This document shows positions 52,311 through 63,981 of a stretch of 64,000 bases of DNA, in pieces (the first letter of the stretch is position 1; each line of letters opens with the position of its first letter). The notes under the pieces are model-generated. The model was given only the letters and a program-made list of their open reading frames with translations. It did no database searches and was not told the DNA's origin. The translations under genes and the position numbers were made by a program. The DNA lies in assembly GCA_951406725.2 (NCBI GenBank), contig OX597817.1, forward strand, positions 24,242,001 through 24,306,000. The letters run 5' to 3'. This stretch comes from Octopus vulgaris (taxonomy: Eukaryota).

Positions 52311-52509
52311 ACAGAAGAGTTTCAGGTGATTCCAAAGTCGTCTGGAGGTCGTGGTTGAAGCCACTGGCGATTTTATTGAATAAATTTAGTCTTTAGTATT
52401 TCAAGATAATATTTTAATGTAATTTTGGTGAATATATGTTAAAATGAGGTGTCAGTTTTATTTTCCTTATAGCATAGTTTAGACGAGTATATATTCACCT
52501 CACCCTGTT
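52311..52509 (+). mobile_element. Tc1-like 3' end
   Basis: SRLEVVVEATGDFIE* followed by a CACCCTGT terminus. Confidence 0.55.
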
Positions 52510-52517
52510 TGTATATA

Positions 52518-52553
<36 letters not shown>

Positions 52554-52931
52554 TATATATATAATATATATATACTCTTTGACTCAGTCATATATATGAC
52601 TAAAATAAGAAACAAAAAAGCAAAAGTTTTCGTATCATTCGAAAAAACATTTATGTTAAAGAATATAAGCAGACAATCATATACATACATATATGCATAC
52701 ACACATACATAGATATATACACACAAATATATATATATATATGTATGTATGAAGTTCTTAACTACACAGACATACCTAACCCCCAGCATAACTTTCAAGT
52801 AATTATCAACTTTCTTACAATAAATGTTTAACTCTATATCTTTGTTCAGTTAATCTCTTATTTTTATACATTTTGGAATAGACATATTAATATTCATAAA
52901 TACGTATAACGACATACATATAAATTTGAAG

Positions 52932-52963
<32 letters not shown>

Positions 52964-53344
52964 CATACATGGATATATATGTATACTTAAATATATATCT
53001 ACATATACATATATACAGTATCAGATATATACCTATATACATATAATAGATACATATATGAGTCTATACATCTATATATCCATAATGCATTCAAAGAAGA
53101 ATAGAAATTTAAAATGAAAAACATTACAAGGGCAAACTGAATTCAGTGTACAGTTTTTTACAAATTTATATATTATTTTCTCTGATCAACTGCCATATAT
53201 ATATATATTTGACCATTGATGCTGTCAGCATATGACAAATATGAGGGGGAAAAAACTGAAATTAAAAAATTTCAAAATCATGTTATTGTTTCAGTAATTT
53301 CTTTTGAAAACTGATGACTAATGTGTCTGGTCTGTATGTCTTAC

Positions 53345-53398
53345 TTAAATTTATGATCTCTCTCCTCGAACACTTTTCTGCCATATTTTCTTTGTACA
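53345..53398 (-). other. Candidate 54-nt exon
   Basis: cattttcaatcag| acceptor and |gtaaga donor; contains ATG-AEKCSRREIINL. Confidence 0.3.
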
Positions 53399-53899
53399 CT
53401 GATTGAAAATGAAGCTCAGACAGAGACAAGAAATTAGTAAGGGTGGGAGAATACAGGAGAGAAGAGTTCTTAGCATGTTTGTATGTCTGATTATATAGGT
53501 TGCAAAGCAGAGGGTGGAAGAAATGCAAAAGTTTTTATACAAATGGAATCCATATATTATTTCTGAAATATATTATATTCTGTGTCAGAATATAAATTTT
53601 TGTTTGTTTGTTTGTTGTATGGCAAATAAATAAAGGCAAAAAAGAAAAAAAGAGATTAATAATAGTAATAATAATTTTGAAAAGACTATAAACAAATGAA
53701 GAACAGTTTTATTGAAGTTGATAACGAAATTCATCTCAGTAATATAAAGAATTCTTTTGGGAGATAGATGCAAAGATAGTTTAACAGAACAAAAGCTGTA
53801 CCATGTTTGGCTTGAAAACAAAGTGAACAAACCCGACCAAAAATAAATATAAATACTGTCTTTTTCTCACTGTTTCCTTTATACAAGCACAAGTGTGTC

Positions 53900-54024
53900 T
53901 GTATGTACACACACACACACACACACATATATATACACATGCACACACACATACACATATGCATACACATATATATATATACATACAATAGTATTCATAT
54001 GTATGTGAACCTATATATATACAC

Positions 54025-54099
<75 letters not shown>

Positions 54100-54706
54100 T
54101 GTGTGTATATATATGTATATATATATATATATACATATATATGTATATATGTATATACATATATATATGTATATGTATATACATATATATATATGTATAT
54201 GTATATACATATATGTATATGTATATACATATATATATATGTATATATATATATGTATATGTATATACATATATGTATATATATATGTATATGTATATAC
54301 ATATATGTATATATATATATATATATGTATATGTATATACATATATGTATATGTATATATATATATGTATATGTATATACATATATGTATATGTATATAT
54401 ATATATGTATATGTATATACATATATGTATATGTATATATATATATATGTATATGTATATACATATATATATATATATACATATGTATATGTATATACAT
54501 ATATGTATATATATATATATATATATGCATATGTATATACATATATGTATATGTATATACATATATATATATGTATATGTATATATATATATATGCATAT
54601 GTATATACATATATGTATATGTATATACATATATATATATGTATATACATATGTATATACATACATATATATGTATATGTATATACATATATATATATGT
54701 ATATAA
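53900..54706. repeat. ~800-bp compound (TA)n/ATATGT/ATAC microsatellite
   Basis: Directly visible; it generates the long YI/YICI pseudo-ORFs. Confidence 0.97.
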
Positions 54707-55483
54707 ATGCATAAATTCGTATGTGTAGTGAATGTGTGTGTTCATGCTTGTGTGTTCTGACCAGCTTGAGGTTAACATTAAAAGCCAATACAACACATTT
54801 AAAATGGAGTGAAAAGGAACAAAAGAGGGAAAGGGTAAGGAGTTGGGTGGTGAATAATTTTTGAGTTCATTTTTCTCTGCCAATGAAAGTCATCATAAAA
54901 GACAACTAATTATGAAATCCTTGGAGAAATCATAAAAATAAAAAAAAAACAAGTAAATAAATGAATAAATAAGGAAAAAGTAATAATGAAAAAAAAAAAA
55001 TTTATTCCTTGAATTTAATTTGAAGAAAAATAAAAACAAAAATTAGAATATAAAACAACCTAAGGTAAAAAACAACAAATGACAGAACATAATAAAATTT
55101 CTTATCCCCCCCCCATCACCCCCTCGTACGCATAAAGAACAGAATTTTCTGCTTCCTTCAGTCTGGTGTTAAACTGTTTTTTTTAACAATCTTCAAGATG
55201 ATGCTTTATTCTGCCATCCTATATCTTTCATTTTCTTTTATTTATAATTTCTCATCCATAAGCTGAAAGAAAACAAGAAAATGAACATCAGCAACACAAT
55301 AGTGAGACGTAAAGAAATACATTAAGAAATTGCAATAAACAATAACAGATGCCAGATGAGGGTGGCGAGATATCAGTGCAACGATATTGCAATGGAAGAG
55401 ACATAAAGGGAGCATCTACAAGGTCACATACACTGCTTGAAATAGCAGTCAAATCTCACTTTTTTCAATCATCTAGCCACGTA

Positions 55484-56038
55484 GGGAAGCGTAGAACCCA
55501 TGATGCCACTTTCTTTTTTATCAGACCAGCAAAGTTGGTGAAACAAAGAAAGTTTCTTGAACCATTAACATGGCTTGAATTTTAACTATGGAGTTAACTT
55601 CGTTAAAGATACTCTGGGACTAGGTGGTGTTAAACTAGGTGACAGATTAAATTTATTGTTCAAGAACTTAATACAATGGGACAAATAACACCAGGCTTCA
55701 ACAATTTTGTCAATCTGCTGTATTTCATTTTATAATCCTTGAAGAGATGAAATGCCAAGTGGGGAAGCATAGAACTTATGATACCACTTTCTTTTTTATC
55801 AGACCAGCAAAGTTGGTGAAACAAAGAAAGTTTCTTAAACCATAGACCTAGCTTGAATTCTAGCTATGGAGTTAACTTCGTTAAAGGTACTCTTGAACTA
55901 GGTGGTGTTAAACTAGGTGATAGATTAAAGTTATTGTTCAAGAACTTAGGACAATGGGACAAATAACACCAGGCTTCAACAATTTTGTCAATCTGCTGTA
56001 TTTCATTTTATAATGCCTGAAGGGATGAAATGCAAAGT
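55484..56038. repeat. Tandem duplication, 278-bp period
   Basis: GGGAAGC(G/A)TAGAAC starts at 55484 and 55762; scattered substitutions between copies. Confidence 0.9.
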
Positions 56039-56455
56039 TGATCTTGGCACAATTTGAATTCACAGTGCAGAGACTAATAACAAATATGCAAAGCACTTTA
56101 TCGTTCACTCTAGTGACTATATCATTTTATCTACTGTGAGACCTGTTGCACAGGGTTGCATTCAGAGCACAGTGAGCTGTCTAAAAAGAAGTCAGGAGAG
56201 TCATGGCTAGAATAATTTTGATCATAAGTCTATTTGATAAAGCTTTACTTGGGGATAACCAACAAGAGCATTCAATAGTGCTCAATGTTCATGTTTTAGT
56301 TCAAACAGTTTTAGTTATGATCTTTTGCTCTTTTGCAAAAAGATCTCTACCAGTTCTGCCAATTTTCCTTCTTTCCATTAGCACTCTTGTGAAAAAAAAA
56401 AGCCTTCACATTTGCTTCCTACTTTGCATCTAACTCCACACTGTATACATAATAT

Positions 56456-56681
56456 ATTTCTTTATTACTCTCAAGGGGCTAAACATAGAGGGGACAAACA
56501 AGGACAGACAAAGGGATTAAGTCGATTACATCGACCCCGGTAACTGGTATTTAATTTATCGACCCCGAAAAGATGAAAGGCAAAATTGATCATGGCAGAA
56601 TTTGAACTCAGAACATAACGGCAGATGAAATACCGCTAAGTATTTCGGCCGGTGTGCTAAGGTTTCTGCCAGCTCGCCGCC
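56456..56681 (-). mobile_element. SINE family A
   Basis: Reverse complement of 1007-1240; another copy lies at 57297-57529. Confidence 0.85.
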
Positions 56682-57976
56682 TTATACACAATATAGATAT
56701 GAAATATAGATCTCCAAAATGATCTTTTCCACTCCACTGGGTTAATTGTAATGCATGCAATATTATACTAAGCGTGAAATTACGTCTAAACATTTCATCC
56801 TATAAGGTAATCAGCAACAATAATCTTGTGCTTATTACTCTCAAGCAATGTCTCCCAGTAATAGACTTTTTGTTTACAAATCATTTCAATCTATTTCTCT
56901 TAATACTGTGTCACATTCCCAAGAAGAACAATCCATCTGATACTGACAACTACCATCTTCTTTTACTTCCAGCATCTCAGCAGACAACACCTTAAGTCAC
57001 TTGCACTCTTCAAGCACCATCAGTACAGTTTTTGCTCAGCCAAATAAACTGGAGATCTACACTCTATGTCAATTATTAGTTCTTAAGAAGTTTGTTGAAA
57101 TCTACGTTGTTGTACTGAGTGTTTATCAGCAAAACATTTGATTTGAATGTTTCTTGTGTGTAAAACTTCCTTTCTGTTAGTATTGCCCCTTTTTATTGTC
57201 TTAGATCAGTGTCTTCCTGTCAGTTTGCACCATTGTATCATATGCTGATGTCCTCTTCATCCTCCTTGCCCCTTTTCTCTCTTTGATCCACATTCTTATT
57301 TCTTTATTGCCCACAAGGGGCTACACATAGAGGGGGACAAACAAGGACAGGCAAACAGATTAAGTCGATGAGATCGACCCCAGTGTGTAACTGGTACTTA
57401 CTTAATCAACCCCAAAAGAATGAAAGGTAAAGTCGACCTCGGTGGAATTTGAACTCGGAACATAGTGGCAGACGAAATACCACTAAGCATTTCGCCCAGC
57501 GTGCTAACGTTTCTGCCAGCTTACCGCCACCTCAACACTCATATGCTTCTAGATCTTACTTACCATCACACCCAGCAATGTCCACTCTTCCACATGTAAT
57601 ACCATTCTTTATTTCTTCCAAACCTTCTACACCTAAGCACCATATACATGCAACCTTGACATCTCATACTTAATCTATATTGACTTAATTAAATGATTCA
57701 ATTAAAATGAAACATTGTAAACATCTTCCAGTGGGATCAAGACAGTTATGTCTCATTAAAGACCACATAAACATCTAATCAATACACATATCAAGAAAGT
57801 ATGATTTCCCATCACACTCTGTACATGAACAACATGTAACTAGTTGTCTCAAGGCTGCTACAAATGTTAGGCCTCACCATCAAAAAATCCCTTCCAGTAA
57901 TGCTCAAAGTAAAAATGACAGCATAAACACTGGCTTTCCTTTCAAAACCAGAAAATACTTCATCCTTCATCAATTA

Positions 57977-58871
57977 CACTGTATAACACTGAAAACAAAA
58001 CAGAAATGAGAATAACCTTTTCTAGGGGTATTTTGTGGGTAGATCACGAATATAGCATCTGTTTCTTTCTGTGACCCTTCAGTTTCTTGTAAATTACCAT
58101 CTTACGTTAAATATACTGATGGTTCCACAGGAATTAAGTGCAATCAGGATTGGGCAAAAACTGACAACTCTAAAAGTTATGAACAGATTTTAATATAATT
58201 TTAATGGGGTATTCCTAAGGTATTTGTTAACCTAATCTATGAAAATTATAAAAGTACACTCAATATTTTTATTGCTTTATGGGTCCAAATCCGTGGTGTA
58301 TCTGACAAGAAACCACACTTCATCACCCAACCTGAACTTAATGATCTAGTTTGTGATCTAACACTAAGAACAAAGTGAAGTCCTGGCCTCACGTCTGCAA
58401 CAATGGAACCTGTTGGATAAAGATGTTCATATTACAATATTGAGGAAGCGTTCTGCAGATCTACAGCAATTTTTCACTTTGGAAAACAACTTGACTTATT
58501 GTAATGGTATCAGAGACCCATTCAATGCCCTTGAGCTGACCTATGAACCAAATGAGTGGAGGTTATTCATAGAGTGAGGTTATTTACAGCAGATTAATAC
58601 ATTATATATGATGTTAGCAAACAGGCCAGTTCATTATATATTTCGGAATTAATTACAATGGACGAATTTAATCTGATTTTGGGAGCAAAATGAATTTATG
58701 GTATTGTGGAAATTAGTATAAACAGCAAAGTTATTAAGTTGATAATTTACAAGAAAATGTGACGTGATGGGAAATTTTTGTTACAAAATTCAAATTTAGC
58801 ACAATCAACTTCATAATAAAATCTACATGAGAACTTGTTTTTTTCTTGACCCTAAAATTTGTTGTCCAGTG
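57977..58871 (+). mobile_element. Internally deleted Chapaev3-like (CMC) DNA transposon
   Basis: TIR-like CACTGTATAACA / TGTTGTCCAGTG; transposase fragments PHFITQPELNDLVCDL, LASRLQQWNLL and EPNEWRLFI. Family assignment is from recalled motifs. Confidence 0.7.
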
Positions 58872-59214
58872 GATATTCTATAATGTTCAGTTGAAATTCC
58901 TCCAAAACTACTGCTCGCTGCTTCATTAAACACTGGCATCCTAGAGTGAATCCAAAGAGAGATCACTTGACTGATTAACATGAACGCATTCCAGCTTCTG
59001 GCCAACTGAAATGCTGTCTCTTCTATCTACCTCTTTTACATCTTCAGGAGCTTCTTTTTCTTCAATCTGCTTTGACTTCTACTACTTTCTCTCAGGAACT
59101 CTTAACTTACTCATTTCTTCTCTTCTTTCTATCATTCTGTGTCCTGCACTGACCACTATAACCAATCTTTCCTCTCCAAAACATTAAAATATATAAATGC
59201 ACACTTTTAAAGTG

Positions 59215-59447
59215 TAGCCAGGCTCATGGGCCCAGTTTCCCAGTTTCAATGGCGTATGCGTTCCCTAGCTGGACGAGACGCCAGTCCATCATATCGTTAC
59301 TCATTTTTGCCAGCTGAGTGGTCTGGAGCAACATGAAATGAAGTGTTTTGCTCAAGAACACAACGCGCCACCCGTAACCAGGAATCGAAACCACAATCTT
59401 ACGATCATGATGCTGACACCCTAACCAATAAACTATGTGCCTTCACA
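59215..59447 (-). mobile_element. SINE with a family E-like head and a family D-like tail
   Basis: GTTGTGTTCTTGAGCAAAACACTTCATTTCA body plus the GATGGACTGGCGTCTCGTCCAGCT tail. Confidence 0.7.
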
Positions 59448-59469
59448 TCTCCAAAACATTAATCTATGA

Positions 59470-60110
59470 ACATTGGGCCTCACCGAGACAATGACTAGTG
59501 ACCGGGACCTTTGGAAATATGCTGTGCTTGAGAAGACTCGGCAAGCTCAAGTGAAGACCATAACCTTGTGGCCTATGCCAGGGGTTGGACACTAAACTCT
59601 GCTAGCAAACACCTGTTGAGGCAAGTGAAATCGAAATCAAATTCGATGACTGGTATCCATGTTAGTGGAGTGCTAACAGTACCATACAAGCGTGATCATT
59701 GCCAGAGCAACAAGCTGGCCTCTGTGCCGATGGCACGTAAAAAACACCATTCGAATGTGATCGTTACCTGCATCGCCTTACTGGTACTTGTGCTGGAGGC
59801 ACATGAAAAAACATTCAAGTGAGGTCGTTGCCAGTACCGCTGGACTGGCTCCTGTGCAGGTGGCACATGAAAAGCACCATTTGAGCATGCCGTTGCCAGT
59901 ACCACCTGACTGGCCCTCACGCCGGTGGCACGTAAGAGCACCTACTACACTCTTGGAGTGGTTGGCATTAGGAAGGGCATCCAGCTGTAGAAACTCTGCC
60001 AGATCAGATTGGAGTATGGTGCAGCCATCTGGTTTGCCAGATCTCAGTCAAATCGTCCAACCCATGCTAGCTTGGAAAGCGGACGTTAAAGGATGATGAT
60101 GATGATGATG
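59470..60110 (+). mobile_element. 5'-truncated RTE LINE (last codons plus 3'UTR)
   Basis: LGLTETMTSDRDLWKYAVLEKTRQ matches the end of ORF 61351-62451, followed by the tail and (GAT)n. Confidence 0.85.
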
Positions 60111-60270
60111 AAAGTGATGTAATGATTATGGTGGCATGATAATAATAAGGATAGGAGTAATGTTTAAATTGTTATTTAACCCTAGGTTAGTTTTGATCCT
60201 CCATGTGGCCTATGATTAAAGGCATGTCAACTCTGAATATTTTGTGCATAACTGACAGGAACAGCTTTAA

Positions 60271-60489
60271 CCCTTTAGTATTTAAACCGGCCATACCCGG
60301 CCAAAATGGCTAATCTGTTTTATGTTCAAACTGACCAGATCCAGGCTCTCACACCTACCCCACAATGTTATTCTACATTAAGTAATTGCACCATCAAGAT
60401 CTTGAAGATATGAGATAATGCATGATTAATTCAAATCAATGAGAATCAACAAGCATTATGTTTGATTGAATAATCTGAACACTAAAGGG
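60271..60489. mobile_element. piggyBac-type MITE
   Basis: TTAA|CCCTTTAGT ... ACTAAAGGG|TTAA. Confidence 0.8.
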
Positions 60490-61342
60490 TTAAGAGTATC
60501 AAAATACTGTCTTATCCAATGAGTCCTTTTGTTAACACAGCAGGATATTTTTGGAGACAGAGTTTAGGCTATTATTAAGAGGTGATCAAGTTAGGAGTTG
60601 TGTATGTCAGAAAGACTGACAGAATGAAAAATAGAGAGATAAATAGGTAAGAAAAACTGATAGAATTAAATGAAAGAAAATAAAAGGTGGTAAAGAGGGT
60701 GTAAGAAAAAGGAGTTAGTGAGAGAGAAAGAGAGAAAGAATATTAAGAAGTGAAAGAAAAGACTGATGTGAATGTATAAGTAAGTCGGTGAGAATGAATG
60801 AATGAATGAAGGTGAGATTGAAGAAAATAAAGATAACTGTGAGAATAAATTTTGGTGACTTTGAGAAGTGAAGAGACGAGAGAAAAGAGTGGAAAAAGAG
60901 AAAAATCAGGGAAAGATCAAGAAAAATGAGTAAAAGGGGGAACAGCAAGAAAGAAAGTAAAAAGAGAAAGCTTTAAACGAAAGTTAAATAGATGTCTTGT
61001 GGAAATGTCGAACCTGGGTTCTCATTCCTTAGGTATTTTTCGATGTTATTATCATTATTATTTTTTCCTTCTTTCTTCAAATTCTCTTCCATTTCTTGCC
61101 AAGTGTTTTCCGTACACCTAGGGCAGTGAAACACATTGCATGCATTCCCAGATTACACACGCAAATTCACAGGTAAAATATGTATTAAAAAAATTAATAA
61201 ATAAATAAATTCATGAATGGATGTTGTATCCACAGCGATAATGCTCTTCTCAGTACATGAGCTATTCCAGTTAACATGATTGTTTTGCACTTCCTGTGGG
61301 GATGGTAAGCCTGGTATCATTTTCTATTATTATTATTATTCA

Positions 61343-63256
61343 CTAGTAAGGTGAGGGTTGGCAATGAGTACAGTGAAGAATTCCGGGTAGAGGTAGGGGT
61401 CCACCAAGGCTCAGTCCTCAGCCCTCTCCTATTTATCATAGTCCTCCAGGCAATAACGGAGGAATTCAAGACAGGATGCCCCTGGGAGCTCCTCTATGCT
61501 GATGACCTTGCTCTAATTGCTGAGTCATTATCAGAACTGGAGAAGAAGTTCCAGGTGTGGAAGCATGGTTTAGAATCGAAGGGCCTTAGAGTCAACCTAG
61601 CTAAAACCAAAGTCGTAATAAGTAGAAAGGTAGACAAATCACAAACGCCTTCAGGTAGATGGCCCTGCTCGATCTGTAGAAAAGGTGTAGGTAGAAACTC
61701 TATAAGATGCACCAAATGTAAGCTATGGACACATAAGAGGTGCAGCAATGTCATAGGAAGGCTAACTAGGAAGATGGCTTTTGTATGTGGCAGATGCTCG
61801 GGAGCATTAACCTCTGAAAATCTGCAGAAAACAACTTCCGTCACTTTCCAGGGGGAAAAACTAGAAGTAGTTGATAGCTTCCGTTATCTTGGTGACCAAG
61901 TCAGTAGTGGGGGTGGGTGTGCTGAATGTGTAACGGCTAGAGTAAGAATAGCCTGGGCAAAGTTTAGGGAGCTCTTACCTCTGTTGGTGACTAAAGGCCT
62001 CTCGCTCAGAGTAAAAGGCAGACTGTATGATGCATGTGTACGAACAGCCATGCTACATGGCAGTGAAACATGGGCCGTGACTGCTGAGGACATGCGTAAG
62101 CTCACGAGAAATGAAGCTAGTATGCTCCGTTGGATGTGTAATGTCAGTGTTCATAGTCGACAGAGTGTAAGTACCTTGAGAGAAAAGTTGGACCTAAGAG
62201 GCATCAGATGCTGTGTGCAAGAGAGACGATTGCGCTGGTATGGTCATGTGGCGAGAATGGATGAAGATAGGTGTGTGAAAAAGTGCCACACCCTGGCAGT
62301 TGAGGGGACCTGTGGAAGAGGTAGACCCAGGAAAACCTGGGTCGAGGTGGTGAAGCACGACCTTCGAACTCTAGGTCTCACCAAGGAAATGACCAGAGAC
62401 CGAGACCTATGGAAGTATGCTGTGCGTGAGAAGACCCGGCAAGACCAGTGAGAACAATCAAAATCAAATCGTATATCAGAAAGCAGGGGTTAAGTGACCC
62501 ATCCGTTCGTGTCTGCTGTCAGTCTCATCTGGCACCCATGCCGGGCCGTTTGCCAGCTCTGCCTGGCCCCCGTGTCGGTGGCACGTAAAAGCACCATCCG
62601 TTCATGTTCGTTGCCAGCCTCGCCTGGCCCCGTGCCGGTGACACGTAAAAGCACCGTCCGTTCATGGCCGTTTGCCAGCTCTGACTGGCCCCATGTCGGT
62701 GGCATGTAAAAGCACCATCCGTTCGTGTCCGTTGCCAGCCTCGGCTGGCCCCCGTGCCGGTGACACGTAAAAGCACCGTCCGTTCATGGCCGTTTGCCAG
62801 CTCTGTTTGGCAACCGTGTTGGTGGCACGTAAAAGCACCATCCGTTCGCGTCCGTTGCCAGCCTCGGCTGGCCCCCGTGCCGGTGACACGTAAAAGCACC
62901 GTCCGTTTCGTGGCCATTTTCCAGCTCTGTCTGGCACCGTGTCGGTGGCACGTAAAAGCACCATCCGTTCATGTTCGTTGTCAGCCTCGGCTGGCCCCCG
63001 TGCCGGTGACACGTAAAAGCACCGTCCGTTCGTGGCCGTTCGCCAGCTCTGTCTGGCACCTGTGCAGGTGGCACGTAAAAAAAAAACACCCACTACACTC
63101 GCGGAGTGGTTGGCGTTAGGAAGGGCATCCAGCTGTAGAAACACTGCCAGATCTGACTGGGCCTGACGAAGCCTTCCAGCCTCACAGACCCCAGTTGACC
63201 CGTCCAACCCATGCTAGCATGGAAAGCGGACGTTAAATGATGATGATGATGATGAT
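61343..63256 (+). mobile_element. Young 5'-truncated RTE-clade LINE
   Basis: Uninterrupted RT C-terminal half, tandemly repeated 3'UTR and a (GAT)n tail. Confidence 0.92.
61351..62451 (+). CDS. Reverse transcriptase, C-terminal half (RTE clade), with an internal PHD-type finger
   Basis: GVHQGSVLSPLLF, LLYADDLAL, GLRVNLAKTK, FRYLG, RRLRWYGHV and RGRPRKTW motifs; there is no true start because the element is truncated. Confidence 0.92.
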   Translation: MRVGNEYSEEFRVEVGVHQGSVLSPLLFIIVLQAITEEFKTGCPWELLYADDLALIAESLSELEKKFQVWKHGLESKGLRVNLAKTKVVISRKVDKSQTPSGRWPCSICRKGVGRNSIRCTKCKLWTHKRCSNVIGRLTRKMAFVCGRCSGALTSENLQKTTSVTFQGEKLEVVDSFRYLGDQVSSGGGCAECVTARVRIAWAKFRELLPLLVTKGLSLRVKGRLYDACVRTAMLHGSETWAVTAEDMRKLTRNEASMLRWMCNVSVHSRQSVSTLREKLDLRGIRCCVQERRLRWYGHVARMDEDRCVKKCHTLAVEGTCGRGRPRKTWVEVVKHDLRTLGLTKEMTRDRDLWKYAVREKTRQDQ

Positions 63257-63331
63257 GTCCCTGCCTGGAATCAATGTCGGAATCTTGCGGTTAGTAGCCC
63301 ATGCTCTTAACCACTATGCCATATGCCCACA

Positions 63332-63860
63332 GTTATTCATATAGTGAGGTTATTTACAGCATAAAAGTGGTTCTGTTGCACATTGGGAACACATGCCTTC
63401 TGTTCCAATTGCTCACTCAGTCATTTTAAGAGAGACATATGTGAACCTCACTTTTATTCTAAACTGCATAAGTTACAAGGAGCATGAGTGGCTAATTTGT
63501 GGACTTGAAAGTAGTCGCCCTACTTAATGGGCTACAAACTGGATATATCAAGTCTATGTGCTTCCTTTGCAAGTAGGACAACAGGGCCAGATCAGAACAT
63601 TATGTATGCTCAGAATGGCCAACTCAAGAAACTATGACACCTGGATGCCTTAATGTAAATCATGAGCCTCTAGTTAAGGAGAAAATCATTTTTCCACCAC
63701 TGCACATAAAACTAGGCCTAATGAAGCAATTTACCAAAACACTGCAACATAACAAGCCATGTTTCCAGTACCTCAAGGCGATCTTCCCTAAAATAAGTGA
63801 TGCCAAGATCAGAAAGGGGATATTTGTAGGCCCTCAGATTCATCAACTTATAGCTGATGA
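63332..63860 (+). pseudogene. Chapaev3-like transposase internal fragment
   Basis: KVVLLHIGN, EHEWLICG.LKVVALLMGLQTGYIKSMCFLC and IIFPPLHIKLGLMKQFTK..FPKISDAKIRKGIFVGPQI, with frameshifts and stops. Confidence 0.8.
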
Positions 63861-63931
63861 GGACATATGGTGTAGTGGTTAAGAGCATGGGCTTCTAACC
63901 CCAAGATTCTGAGTTCGATTCCAGGCAGTGG

Positions 63932-63981
<50 letters not shown>

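Noticed and set aside
53781-54883. ORFs of 200-335 aa on both strands
   Set aside because: They are translations of a TA/CA microsatellite that lacks stop codons.
62490-63080. CRISPR-like regularly spaced repeats
   Set aside because: The spacers are themselves repeated, there are no cas genes, and the context is a eukaryotic LINE 3'UTR.
63861-63933. tRNA gene (also the heads at 33021, 42655, 14194, 47637)
   Set aside because: A and B boxes are present, but cloverleaf pairing is poor and each runs into a repeat body, so these are SINE-type heads.
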